A DNA stretch of 64,000 bases from positions 186,001-250,000 of the IMG/VR virus record IMGVR_UViG_3300020380_000001. One strand, given 5' to 3'. Shown here piece by piece: positions 1 to 8,141 of this stretch (position 1 is its first letter; every line of letters begins with the position of its first letter). The position numbers and the translations under genes were made by a program. Below the pieces are notes generated by a model that was given only the letters and a program-made list of their open reading frames with translations, made no database searches and was not told where the DNA came from.

Positions 1-33
1 TCCTTATGGTATACGAATATTTATGCATTTGAT

Positions 34-330
34 TTAATGCTCGAAAATATCGTCGCAGGTTATTTCACCATCAATTACGGCTCTAACTAGCGCACGTTTT
101 TCGTCAGCTTTTCCAATAACAGGACAACCAGCAGTTTCAAAGTAAAAATCACACTTATTGCAGCCTGCGTTGGTTGAGCCTGATACAAAATCTTCGAACG
201 TTGGTGTCATCATGGCCAGCGCTTGCTCGCGCTGCATATCATACGAAGCAACAACCTTATCAATAGCGGTTGCTAGATGATTGATGAACCATGCTCGTAG
301 ATCATCTGAAATCTTTATGCCTTTACGCAT
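34..330 (-). CDS. hypothetical protein
   Basis: 98-aa ORF with RBS (GAGGT). A sigma70-like TTTACA/TATACT promoter lies upstream at about 365-392. Confidence 0.65.
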   Translation of the reverse strand: MRKGIKISDDLRAWFINHLATAIDKVVASYDMQREQALAMMTPTFEDFVSGSTNAGCNKCDFYFETAGCPVIGKADEKRALVRAVIDGEITCDDIFEH

Positions 331-406
331 AAGTAAACCTCATATGCTATCTAAACATAGTCTTAGTATAAGGCCTTTTTTAGTATTGTAAAGACTTATC
401 TGACAT

Positions 407-440
407 AAAAAATGCGGCTAACTTTCGTTGCCGCATTTTT
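407..440. terminator. bidirectional intrinsic terminator
   Basis: AAAAAATGCGGC-loop-GCCGCATTTTT hairpin with A/T tracts, directly after the 460..870 stop. Confidence 0.8.
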
Positions 441-459
441 GTGAACTGCTTAAGTTAAA

Positions 460-870
460 TTAACGTGCAGTACGCATAATTGTGGCATAAATTTCTAACA
501 AGTCGTTGAGTTGGAAAACTTCTTCTTGTAGAAAGTCGATTGCTTCCATAGCAACGTCATTGCCGTAGCCTACGCGCTTAGCCCAATCAAAAAAGTACTG
601 CTCAACAGCACGGTATTGATCGTCGCTAGCTGAACCGAAGTTAGTAACACCGAATTGCTTAAGGAAGCGGCCAGGACGGCGGCGTTTCATTTCAGCTGTG
701 ATTTCCCACGCTACGTGAACGATTTGCTCAGGTGAACCATAGTCGCTTGCAGCGTCCATAACTTCGTCAGAATCAAGTGTTGCGCCAGGTAGGGCAGCAA
801 TGTCAGCAGCATATTGGCCAACTTCTGAGTCGTCTTCAGTCATAAGGTTCATAATTTTTCTCATATCCAT
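460..870 (-). CDS. acidic protein with shared N-terminal peptide (putative internal head protein)
   Basis: Starts MDMRKIMNLMTE; RBS GGAG; TAAATA late-type element upstream at about 934-939. Confidence 0.8.
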   Translation of the reverse strand: MDMRKIMNLMTEDDSEVGQYAADIAALPGATLDSDEVMDAASDYGSPEQIVHVAWEITAEMKRRRPGRFLKQFGVTNFGSASDDQYRAVEQYFFDWAKRVGYGNDVAMEAIDFLQEEVFQLNDLLEIYATIMRTAR

Positions 871-1049
871 AAAGCTGTCTCCTTTAAAATGCTAATTGGA
901 ATGTTTGTCGCTTGCATATTTCGCATAACTTACAAGAGTATTTAGTAAAGTTCTATCGTTGTCGATAATTAACGGTTCAATTTACTCTTTTTGTATTACT
1001 ATCTAAAGTAACGTATTTAGTGCCTTGTTACAAAGCAAGCTTCAATTAT

Positions 1050-1250
1050 TTATCGCCTTATCAGTTCTATGCTACATTTTCGCTTTATTTTGGCAGAAAG
1101 TTTTCTTGCTTTAGTCTGTAAGCGATGCCACTCAATGGCAATTTCGTTATCGTGGTCACTTTCTATATGCAACATTCTTTCTTCAAGTTCACCGATGCGA
1201 TCGAAAACTTTGGCTTCTTTCTTAAGCAGTTTCAGGAGTTTATGTGACAT
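1050..1250 (-). CDS. small hypothetical coiled-coil protein
   Basis: 66-aa ORF in the genome's dominant orientation, amphipathic helical composition. Confidence 0.55.
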   Translation of the reverse strand: MSHKLLKLLKKEAKVFDRIGELEERMLHIESDHDNEIAIEWHRLQTKARKLSAKIKRKCSIELIRR

Positions 1251-1265
1251 GATGTGCCTATAATA

Positions 1266-1342
1266 TGGCAGGTGCGGCAGGATTCGAACCTGCGACCCTT
1301 GGCTTAGAAGGCCAATGCTCTATCCAGCTGCGCTACGCACCC
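1266..1342 (-). tRNA. trnR: tRNA-Arg(TCT)
   Basis: Cloverleaf; TTGGC-CTTCTAA-GCCAA anticodon arm; TTCGAAT T-loop; encoded CCA. Confidence 0.95.
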
Positions 1343-1354
1343 ATTAAAGATGGT

Positions 1355-1648
1355 TTAATCAAACGGCCAGTTCGGGTCTCGTTCTGAGAATTCCATCATA
1401 GAGCCATGGAATTCAAGGTTAATTGAACCTACCTTAGCTTCATGGTAAAATATCCCTATCACCGAGTCGTCTTGGTTGTATATCACCTCAACACGGTGCC
1501 CGTCAATTTCTGACTGTTCGATGTCGTCGCTACTAACCTCCATAGTGAGGTCTTCCCAACGACTGTAATTAACTTTTTTGAAGTTTCCGGATTCAGTAAG
1601 TGGCTTACCTTCCATCACGTTCATAAATCCACGCATTGTATCTGACAT
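1355..1648 (-). CDS. protein with shared N-terminal peptide (putative internal head protein)
   Basis: Starts MSDTMRGFMNVMEG; CTAAATAC upstream at about 1674-1681. Confidence 0.8.
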   Translation of the reverse strand: MSDTMRGFMNVMEGKPLTESGNFKKVNYSRWEDLTMEVSSDDIEQSEIDGHRVEVIYNQDDSVIGIFYHEAKVGSINLEFHGSMMEFSERDPNWPFD

Positions 1649-1706
1649 ATTGAGTTATCCTATATAATGTACGTATTTAGTGACAGAGGCTTCTTCACTG
1701 TATAAT

Positions 1707-1868
1707 TCAAAGATTAAAGTAGCGGTTTCTATCTTCAATACTAGGGGTCAGTTTACGCGTGGTTTCGCGAAACTTTTCTTCTTGTTCACGCACACTGCGC
1801 CAAAACTCTAGACCCTCTTCTTTAGTGGGTTCATGTTCAGAAAGTGCTTTCAGTAACTCGTCATCCAT
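1707..1868 (-). CDS. small hypothetical protein (53 aa)
   Basis: Read by hand: MDDELLKALSEHEPTKEEG...; TAATG overlap with the upstream ORF. Confidence 0.55.
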   Translation of the reverse strand: MDDELLKALSEHEPTKEEGLEFWRSVREQEEKFRETTRKLTPSIEDRNRYFNL

Positions 1869-2041
1869 TATTTCGACTCACTCTCGTGTATCTTCTTCCA
1901 CTGTTCAACAGCATCAAAAAACAAGTCACTCACGGCATCAGCGCCGGCATCAGCAATAGATATCATTGTTTCCGAGTCGTTCCACTGCGAAAGCCACTTC
2001 ATGGTTTCATCAAACCATTTAATTTTATCTTCGTCTGTCAT
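1868..2041 (-). CDS. small hypothetical protein
   Basis: Track ORF 1868..2092; the longer start overlaps tRNA-Leu, so MTDEDKIKW at 2041 is preferred. Confidence 0.6.
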   Translation of the reverse strand: MTDEDKIKWFDETMKWLSQWNDSETMISIADAGADAVSDLFFDAVEQWKKIHESESK

Positions 2042-2084
2042 TATGTATACGCCTTTAAAACAGTACACACTTGCAAATTTAATT

Positions 2085-2172
2085 TGGTGCACGGAGTGGG
2101 ACTCGAACCCACACGCCCATTACGGACAGGAGATTTTAAGTCTCCCACGACTACCAATTCCATCACCCGTGC
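2085..2172 (-). tRNA. trnL: tRNA-Leu(TAA)
   Basis: GGAGA-CTTAAAA-TCTCC arm, long variable arm, CCA. Confidence 0.93.
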
Positions 2173-2183
2173 ATGAAAGACAG

Positions 2184-2615
2184 TTAGATAACTGTCTTTG
2201 CGATTGTTGAAGCCGATCTACCGTCGTATAAACCTTCGTGATTAGCTTTAAGGTGCTTCATCACTTGGCCCATATTACAACCTGGGTTGGCTTCTACGAA
2301 TGAAACGATTGTGCCTCTCAGCTCATCTTCATTCATCTGTTTAGGAATGTACCCGTTTACCACATCAAGCTCAAGCTCATAAGCGGCAAGCTCGGATACC
2401 TGATTGCGCTCTTTCATGTTAGTGATAGTTTCATCAATTGACTTGACGAACTTTTTACACATCTGCACTACCTCTGCATCAGTCGATAGACGCTTACCAT
2501 CGTCTAAGCCGATGCGCGAAGCTTCAGAATACAACGTGGTTAAAATACTAACTCTGGCGCTGTCTCGTGCTTTCATAGCTGCCATACGGTCAGCCTTTAT
2601 CTTTTCTATCAACAT
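2184..2615 (-). CDS. GatB/YqeY domain protein
   Basis: MLIEKIKADRMAAMKARD...LLTTLYSE-like N-terminus and MGQVMKHLK...G.YDGRSAS C-terminus are typical of the YqeY family. Confidence 0.85.
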   Translation of the reverse strand: MLIEKIKADRMAAMKARDSARVSILTTLYSEASRIGLDDGKRLSTDAEVVQMCKKFVKSIDETITNMKERNQVSELAAYELELDVVNGYIPKQMNEDELRGTIVSFVEANPGCNMGQVMKHLKANHEGLYDGRSASTIAKTVI

Positions 2616-2632
2616 TTCTATGTTTCCTTCGG

Positions 2633-2863
2633 TTATGTGCCAGCCACCGTGTCGTGGTAAGCGGTGTCGAGTTTCCCGACAACTTTTACTTTCATAATAC
2701 GGTGCGGCGGATAGTGTTCAAAATAATCTTCGCCTTCGGGGTTTTCTGGATTGTGGCGATAGCCAGTTGCAACAATAGCGGAAGAGTGTTCGCGGGCTTT
2801 GCTTTCGTTCGACACGTTGTATTTGAATACTCGGCCGTCGTCGATGTAAACTTGGATTTCCAT
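2633..2863 (-). CDS. hypothetical protein
   Basis: Start at MEIQVYIDDGR, behind a GGAG RBS, within track ORF 2633..2911. Confidence 0.7.
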   Translation of the reverse strand: MEIQVYIDDGRVFKYNVSNESKAREHSSAIVATGYRHNPENPEGEDYFEHYPPHRIMKVKVVGKLDTAYHDTVAGT

Positions 2864-2935
2864 TAGTGTTACTCCGTGTATGTAGAAATGCAGGATCATG
2901 TCGCCAAACACTCACCTGCATTGAGGACAAACTAA

Positions 2936-3268
2936 TTAATAATCGTCGGTAGGATCAAACACAAGATAAGTATAACGGCCGCCATATGCATTCACTGTGT
3001 GAATACGAGCGTATACACCACCCTCGGTGTCTACTCCACGATTACTACCGTATGCTACTTGTACCCGGGATCCGTGCTTGGCTTTCACTTTTTGCAAGTC
3101 ACTGATCAACTCGTCGATGTCATGTGCGCCAGATATTCTGTCGCCTGCATCGTCGTGCGGCACATCTTCGTCGTCATCCGGCATGTCGTAATCTTCGTTT
3201 ACGGCTTTAACTGGCATGCCAGTGTCCGGATCTAGACCTTCTAATATTCTGCGTATGCGCTCTGACAT
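2936..3268 (-). CDS. protein with shared N-terminal peptide variant
   Basis: Starts MSERIRRILEG; acidic; TAAATA upstream at about 3303-3308. Confidence 0.75.
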   Translation of the reverse strand: MSERIRRILEGLDPDTGMPVKAVNEDYDMPDDDEDVPHDDAGDRISGAHDIDELISDLQKVKAKHGSRVQVAYGSNRGVDTEGGVYARIHTVNAYGGRYTYLVFDPTDDY

Positions 3269-3322
3269 ATAAATCTCCTAAATGCTAATCTCAGATATCT
3301 TTATTTAAGCAAGTAGAGAAAA

Positions 3323-3397
3323 TGGTAGAGACACCGTGGGTCGAACACGGAGCACCAGCCTTATGAGGGCCGGGCGAATACCAGCCATTCTGTCTCT
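3323..3397 (-). tRNA. atypical tRNA with CAT anticodon (Met or Ile2)
   Basis: AGAGACA/TGTCTCT acceptor, CTCATAA loop, canonical T arm, CCA; no connector before the D stem; 6-bp anticodon stem. Confidence 0.8.
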
Positions 3398-3403
3398 AGT
3401 ATT

Positions 3404-3493
3404 TGGCGGAGAGTACAGGATTCGAACCTGTGCGCCCCTTTCGGGACTCTCGATTAGCAGTCGAGCGCGATAGACCTACTCTGCCAACTCTCC
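3404..3493 (-). tRNA. trnS: tRNA-Ser(GCT)
   Basis: CTCGA-CTGCTAA-TCGAG arm, long V arm, G73-CCA. Confidence 0.95.
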
Positions 3494-3500
3494 TTTAAAC

Positions 3501-3597
3501 TGGTACCAGGTACGGGATTCGAACCCGCAGGGTCATTATTACAGACCGCGACAAACACTTTAATGATGCCGCGCCTTCCCATTCGGCGCAACCTAGT
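3501..3597 (-). ncRNA. tRNA-like RNA with degenerate anticodon arm (apparent TTA anticodon)
   Basis: 7-bp acceptor, CGCC/GGCG D stem, canonical T arm, A-CCA; weak GGCAT/GTGTT stem around CATTAAA; extra GGTC/GACC arm. Confidence 0.65.
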
Positions 3598-3598
3598 A

Positions 3599-3692
3599 TG
3601 GCGGTGAGGGTGGGATTCGAACCCACGGCCGATGTTGCCACCGACGTTTGATTTCAAGTCAAGTGCAATAAACCAGACTCTGCCACCTCACC
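3599..3692 (-). tRNA. trnS: tRNA-Ser(TGA)
   Basis: TTGA-CTTGAAA-TCAA arm, long V arm, G73-CCA. Confidence 0.95.
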
Positions 3693-3700
3693 ATAAACCT

Positions 3701-3829
3701 TTACAAGCTGTTTATATCAGCTATTGCTTCTTTAAGAGATTCACGCGCACGCTTTTCGCGCTCGAGTTCTTCAACTCTTTTTTCTAGCTTTTTTACAAGC
3801 TTAACAAGATCACCGTGTGTCATTGTCAT
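3701..3829 (-). CDS. small coiled-coil protein (42 aa)
   Basis: Read by hand: MTMTHGDLVKLVKKLEKRVEELERE...; GAGGT RBS. Confidence 0.55.
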   Translation of the reverse strand: MTMTHGDLVKLVKKLEKRVEELEREKRARESLKEAIADINSL

Positions 3830-3848
3830 TGTGAACCTCTATTTAATA

Positions 3849-3886
3849 TGGAGCCGGCCCTGCGATACAACAGGGGATCACCCGGC
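3849..3886 (-). ncRNA. CCA-terminated minihelix (tRNA acceptor mimic or remnant)
   Basis: GCCGG/CCGGC plus CCCTG/CAGGG stems ending T-CCA, spaced like the neighbouring tRNA genes. Confidence 0.45.
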
Positions 3887-3895
3887 ATTGTAAAC

Positions 3896-3970
3896 TGGTA
3901 GGTTAGGTGAGTATCGAACTCACTACAACTGATTTGTAAGAACAGCGCCTCACCTGTCGGCCTCTAACCT
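3896..3970 (-). tRNA. trnV: tRNA-Val(TAC)
   Basis: AGGTTAG/CTAACCT acceptor, CTTACAA loop with one stem mismatch, CCA. Confidence 0.8.
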
Positions 3971-4392
3971 GATGATTTATATTCTCGTAAATACTTGTTT
4001 CTTTTCGAGATCTTTTTATACCTACTACCGGCACCTTTGGCACCCCATGTGTCGGTTTGCGTATGACAATTAGGGCAAAGTAATCTACAATTACTTGGTA
4101 AATTATTGTCACTATCGCCGTCTATGTGATCTAGCTGCAAAGTCAACGGCTTATTGTTCCACATAGTACCGAGGCCGCACTCACTGCATACCGAACCGTA
4201 TTTCTCGACCAAGTATCGTTTAATATTGCCGCCAAGGCCTGCTTCTATTTTGGGAACCTCTTTATTTTCCCAGTCCCATGACAACTTACACTCCAAATCA
4301 CAATACGTGTTGCCTTTTTTATGGGATATATCAGATCCGCAATACCTACAGTGCACTTCTTTCTTTTTTCTGGCACCGGGCCTGTACCTCAC
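3964..4392 (-). CDS. HNH (homing) endonuclease
   Basis: LQLDHIDGDSDNN...CRLLCPNCH motif plus CxxC Zn fingers. Confidence 0.9.
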   Translation of the reverse strand: MRYRPGARKKKEVHCRYCGSDISHKKGNTYCDLECKLSWDWENKEVPKIEAGLGGNIKRYLVEKYGSVCSECGLGTMWNNKPLTLQLDHIDGDSDNNLPSNCRLLCPNCHTQTDTWGAKGAGSRYKKISKRNKYLREYKSSG

Positions 4393-4517
4393 AGATTTGC
4401 CGCACGAGCTTTTATGCCCGATATACTTGTGCCTATTCGTGTAAAACTTCGCCGCAATCGCAAATATATTTTTTCATAAAAATATTTAGCAACTGCCTGA
4501 ATAATCACGTCAAATAA

Positions 4518-4543
4518 GCACTCTGCCTCTGAGCTACGGATCT
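4518..4543 (-). pseudogene. 5' fragment of a tRNA gene (acceptor 5' strand plus D arm)
   Basis: AGATCCG-TA-GCTC-AGAGGCA-GAGT with no anticodon arm, T arm or matching 3' strand nearby. Confidence 0.45.
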
Positions 4544-4550
4544 ATAATTC

Positions 4551-4847
4551 TTAAACTGCTTCGTGTGTAAACTTACACATAACTCGGTAGAATACCTGCG
4601 TTGCAGCATACTTGTCGATATTGTCAAGAAACATTTGGAAGAACTTCTTCTCTGTGTCACTATTGTCCATAGCAACTGCTCTATTCAAAGTAGCTACGTA
4701 TGTTTCCCTAGGAATCAACATAAAGTTTGCGTATTCTACACGACCCCATTCAATTAACTGCTTAAATGTTTCGGGGTCTAACTCTGCTTTAAGCTCGTTG
4801 ACGCGCTCTGTAAGCTCGTCTATGAAGTTATTCTTGTAATCTTCCAT
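4551..4847 (-). CDS. hypothetical protein
   Basis: 98-aa ORF; promoter-like TATAGA/TTGTAA upstream. Confidence 0.65.
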   Translation of the reverse strand: MEDYKNNFIDELTERVNELKAELDPETFKQLIEWGRVEYANFMLIPRETYVATLNRAVAMDNSDTEKKFFQMFLDNIDKYAATQVFYRVMCKFTHEAV

Positions 4848-4966
4848 AATGTTACTCGTTAAGTTTTAATCTATAATAGCACGTCTGTAGAAGCTTACAA
4901 GAATAATTTCTAATTTATTTAAAAATAAAAAAGTGCCAAAGTAATTACTACAATGACACCTTAAAA

Positions 4967-5039
4967 TGGTTGCGGGTACAGGTAACGATCCTGCCGGTCC
5001 TGGGTTATGAGCCCTGGCTGAACACCGTGTTCACCCGCG
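4967..5039 (-). tRNA. atypical initiator-like tRNA-Met(CAT)
   Basis: C1:A72 mismatch and three consecutive G-C pairs closing CTCATAA (fMet hallmarks); ATCGTTA T-loop; no connector. Confidence 0.8.
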
Positions 5040-5053
5040 ATAGATTTAAAAAT

Positions 5054-5132
5054 TGGTTGCAAGGGCGGGATTTGAACCCGCGTCCGCTAGGGTTATGAGC
5101 CCTGCCATCTGCCAGACTGATTGTACCTTACT
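5054..5132 (-). tRNA. initiator-like tRNA-Met(CAT)
   Basis: 1:72 mismatch, GGG-CTCATAA-CCC, canonical T arm, CCA. Confidence 0.85.
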
Positions 5133-5138
5133 ATTGTT

Positions 5139-5216
5139 TGGCACACCCTCCAGGATTCGAACCTGGGACCTTCGCGTTCGTAGCACGACATTCTAATCCA
5201 ACTGAACTAAGGGTGC
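5139..5216 (-). tRNA. trnR: tRNA-Arg(ACG)
   Basis: CGTG-CTACGAA-CGCG arm; CCA. Confidence 0.95.
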
Positions 5217-5225
5217 AATAAACTT

Positions 5226-5720
5226 TTAATCATTTTCGTCAAGAAGGATATCTGTTATAATCTCTTCAAATGCGTGGTAGTCTTCCATACCATCCCAATT
5301 GCCTTCGTTATAAAAAATATCCGTTGTTAGTGATACTATCTCGCGGCGACGGTTACGCGGTAATGCCTTCCATTCATCTATCGAAGTAACGCCTTCTCTG
5401 CGCAAGGTTGACAAAATAGCAACAGAAAAACTGTCGTCATTGTTGCCTGCCTTATTAGTATCACTTAGCACCGAATCTATCATATCAGCAAACATTGCTG
5501 AATCCGGCATCGCTTCATCGTCAATCCAACCATGATTGTAAAACAAGTCACTAGCTAGATCACCGTAGCGATATTTTTCGCGTCTTGATAACGCGTTCCA
5601 GTCAGCTAGCGTGTTGATATTATCACGAGCTAACATTTGTAACACACCCGACTTAACAGCGGCATCGCTGCCGCTAGTGTCTTCCATCAAGTTCATAAAT
5701 TTGCGCATCTGATCTGACAT
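5226..5720 (-). CDS. acidic protein with shared N-terminal peptide; internal duplication
   Basis: Starts MSDQMRKFMNLMED; two copies of an L.R..I.T...W.AL.R..R....L..D.FY..G.W unit. Confidence 0.8.
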   Translation of the reverse strand: MSDQMRKFMNLMEDTSGSDAAVKSGVLQMLARDNINTLADWNALSRREKYRYGDLASDLFYNHGWIDDEAMPDSAMFADMIDSVLSDTNKAGNNDDSFSVAILSTLRREGVTSIDEWKALPRNRRREIVSLTTDIFYNEGNWDGMEDYHAFEEIITDILLDEND

Positions 5721-5729
5721 AAATGTTCC

Positions 5730-6209
5730 TTATTTGATCTGCAATATGCTTGCCGCCTGTCGTAGCGCGACTTCGCGCATCGCTTGCGACTTGTATCTTT
5801 CTTGCATAAAACTCAAAAGTTGATTTATGCCATCTTCAAAATCATCATACGCAGAGTCAGGGTCACCAACACCATAAGCACCGATGATAACACCGTTAGC
5901 AAAGTATTCACCGTCTTCTGCTATTTCAAGAACCTCGGCTTCTTCTTTAGCTTGAGCAGCGTTAATAACCTTAGTAGCAAACTCGTACGGAGCCATAGCG
6001 CCATATGATAAGAGTTGCTTGCCTACTTTTTGCGTATAAGACTCTACTGAACCTTGTTCTATACCGTATATTAACGCTGACGCTTTATCGTAAAACTGAT
6101 CAACTGATATAGCATCAGAGTTTTCCGTAATAGCTGTGTCAATATTTTGATTCAATGGCCCGGACTGACCTTCCATTAAATTCATTATTTTGCGCATCTG
6201 ATCTGACAC
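5730..6209 (-). CDS. protein with shared N-terminal peptide
   Basis: Starts MSDQMRKIMNLMEG; GGAG RBS; GTAAATAAG upstream. Confidence 0.8.
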   Translation of the reverse strand: MSDQMRKIMNLMEGQSGPLNQNIDTAITENSDAISVDQFYDKASALIYGIEQGSVESYTQKVGKQLLSYGAMAPYEFATKVINAAQAKEEAEVLEIAEDGEYFANGVIIGAYGVGDPDSAYDDFEDGINQLLSFMQERYKSQAMREVALRQAASILQIK

Positions 6210-6256
6210 TTAATATCTCCCATAAACTATTGTATAGCTTATTTACGCATTTAAGT

Positions 6257-6333
6257 TGGAAGGGGTGGCAGGATTCGAACCTGCGAGTACCGGGATCAAA
6301 GCCCGGGGCCTTAGACCGCTTGGCGACACCCCT
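6257..6333 (-). tRNA. trnQ: tRNA-Gln(TTG)
   Basis: CCGGG-CTTTGAT-CCCGG arm; CCA. Confidence 0.93.
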
Positions 6334-6339
6334 ACAAAC

Positions 6340-6415
6340 TGGTCTCTCGAGCAGGATTTGAACCTGCGACACGTAGTCCCAAACCACGCATGTTACCAGA
6401 CTACACTATCGAGAG
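6340..6415 (-). tRNA. trnP: tRNA-Pro(TGG)
   Basis: CGTGG-TTTGGGA-CTACG arm; CCA. Confidence 0.93.
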
Positions 6416-6424
6416 AATCAAAAC

Positions 6425-6502
6425 TGGTTGTCCCTGCTGGATTTGAACCAGCGATCAGCGATTATCAGTCGCACGCTTTAGGCCAGGCTAAGCTAAGGGA
6501 CA
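6425..6502 (-). tRNA. trnI: tRNA-Ile(GAT)
   Basis: GCGA-CTGATAA-TCGC arm; CCA. Confidence 0.93.
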
Positions 6503-6510
6503 ATAAACTT

Positions 6511-7353
6511 TTATCGTTTACGTAGAGTAATCTCAACACCTTTAATTGCATTGAGTTCATCTACGATTTGCTGAGGATCTACCTCTATGTCAGTACGACG
6601 TCTAGGCACATACTCGATGTCTCTACCTATTAATTGAATACGTTTAGGCAAAACACGCAATATAAACGGACCACCAACCTGTAGATTTCTATTAGTTAGG
6701 TCATAGTAATAACCGAGCATTTTGAGCGCTTTCGCTACTTCGTCCGATACTACCTGTTTTTTCACCTGTTTTGATGGTTTGTCCGAAACAATATACTCTT
6801 CTGCGGGTGTTTCGTCGTCGTACTCAAGTGCTAGCTCAACCACATTTTTTACGTGTTTCTTTGCAATAAACAAAACACCGTCGTCCATGTCATGCTCTAC
6901 GTCATCTAATTCAAGATCCGAAACAAGCCCAGCGATTTCACTTGCTGTCCATCCAGGCATAGTCAGTTGTACCATTTTACGCTTGGACTCTCTGACTGTC
7001 TTTTTCGGTCCGTTGCCTTGACTAGCATAATACTTGCTGAACTCTTCGTCAGCATATTCGGCCATTTGCTCAATGAAATCCCAGCGAGGGCCATCTTCAG
7101 CATATGCCAAATCCGGAACTATTTTTGTCAGCACTTCGTTTTCAACTGCTGACTCATCATCATCTAGAATTGCACGGGTCAAGTCATGTAAGCGATCTCT
7201 GTCGTCACCAAACAACTCGTTACCAGCGTCATGTGCCATACCATCCAATTTAGACATCAAGCGGCCGAAAACATGTCTTTTTGCTTTCTTGTGTCGCTCG
7301 TCACCAGTTGGTGACTCCATCAAATTCATTAATTCGCGCATTTTTTCTGACAT
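6511..7353 (-). CDS. acidic protein with shared N-terminal peptide
   Basis: Starts MSEKMRELMNLMES; GTAAATAAG upstream; upstream 30 bp resembles that of 5730..6209. Confidence 0.8.
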   Translation of the reverse strand: MSEKMRELMNLMESPTGDERHKKAKRHVFGRLMSKLDGMAHDAGNELFGDDRDRLHDLTRAILDDDESAVENEVLTKIVPDLAYAEDGPRWDFIEQMAEYADEEFSKYYASQGNGPKKTVRESKRKMVQLTMPGWTASEIAGLVSDLELDDVEHDMDDGVLFIAKKHVKNVVELALEYDDETPAEEYIVSDKPSKQVKKQVVSDEVAKALKMLGYYYDLTNRNLQVGGPFILRVLPKRIQLIGRDIEYVPRRRTDIEVDPQQIVDELNAIKGVEITLRKR

Positions 7354-7400
7354 TACTGTCTCCTATAAACTATGTCATATAGCTTATTTACGCAGGTAAT

Positions 7401-7500
7401 TGGTGGACCCCCGCGGACTTGCACCACACGCCTCAATACTACCCTCACTTTATTTCTTTTAAGACACCGGATTTACAGTCCGGGGTGAGGAAAGGGATCC
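7401..7500 (-). ncRNA. rearranged tRNA-Tyr(GTA)-like RNA lacking a D arm
   Basis: GGATCCC/GGGGTCC acceptor plus A-CCA; perfect CCGGA-CTGTAAA-TCCGG arm; CCTCAC/GTGAGG helix replaces the D arm. Confidence 0.7.
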
Positions 7501-7523
7501 TTAATCTGTTACAAAAACTGTTT

Positions 7524-7547
7524 TGGAAGGGGTCGTTACCAACCCCT
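7524..7547 (-). ncRNA. CCA-terminated microhelix
   Basis: AGGGGTT-GGTAAC-GACCCCT-T-CCA; no U-tract on either strand. Confidence 0.35.
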
Positions 7548-7561
7548 CAATAAAACAATTC

Positions 7562-8053
7562 TTAAAAGTGCGGGTTTTTGTCATTGTGAACACCGCGTGC
7601 AAGCGTCCAAATGCCTGCTCGTTTATATGTAGCAGTGTTGCCTTTACGCCAAAATACTGTACCGTCGCTTGTTGTAACTTTCTTCATAGTTTTAGAAATC
7701 TTGACAATTGTACCGCACGGATACCAGTCACCGTTAAAACCGTAACTTACTACGTCACCAATCTTTGGCATGCGCTCTACTGCATGATCATCGTGACGCT
7801 CTACAGCAATATAAGTATCACCGGTTTCTTCACTCAACTGCTCAGCGATTCGTTGCGCAATAAAGCTAGAGCCACAATAATTAAGGGTAACAAACTGGGC
7901 CATTATTTCTTTGTAGAAGTTCGGCGCTTTTTCTTCATCGCCACCTGCCATCTTTAGCGCAGTTTCACGGACTTCTTCAGCCCATGCTTCAGTGTAGTCT
8001 TCGTTACGATCAATAATGTTACCAGTTTTTAAATCTACTCTATAATGTATCAT
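7562..8053 (-). CDS. hypothetical early protein
   Basis: 163-aa ORF behind a repeated promoter cassette. Confidence 0.75.
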   Translation of the reverse strand: MIHYRVDLKTGNIIDRNEDYTEAWAEEVRETALKMAGGDEEKAPNFYKEIMAQFVTLNYCGSSFIAQRIAEQLSEETGDTYIAVERHDDHAVERMPKIGDVVSYGFNGDWYPCGTIVKISKTMKKVTTSDGTVFWRKGNTATYKRAGIWTLARGVHNDKNPHF

Positions 8054-8141
8054 AATTTGCTACCTTGTGTTTGTTTAATCAACCTACACAGACATAATAG
8101 CAGAATGACATTCAAGTACAAGACTTGTTTGAAAATAATTT
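8051..8141 (-). repeat. promoter-leader cassette, copy 1
   Basis: About 90 bp, near-identical to 9506..9600 and similar to 24741..24843 (+). Confidence 0.85.

Noticed and set aside
3501-3597. Genome-wide TAA or TAG recoding
   Set aside because: Many clean genes end in TAA and several in TAG (for example 3964, 12598, 56426). Long ORFs are intact under the standard code.
6139-6525. Track ORFs overlapping tRNA genes (also 3454..3657 and 10674..11100)
   Set aside because: These are translations of tRNA sequence and lack an RBS.
7523-7957. 144-aa plus-strand ORF
   Set aside because: Antisense to 7562..8053, which has the promoter cassette and RBS.
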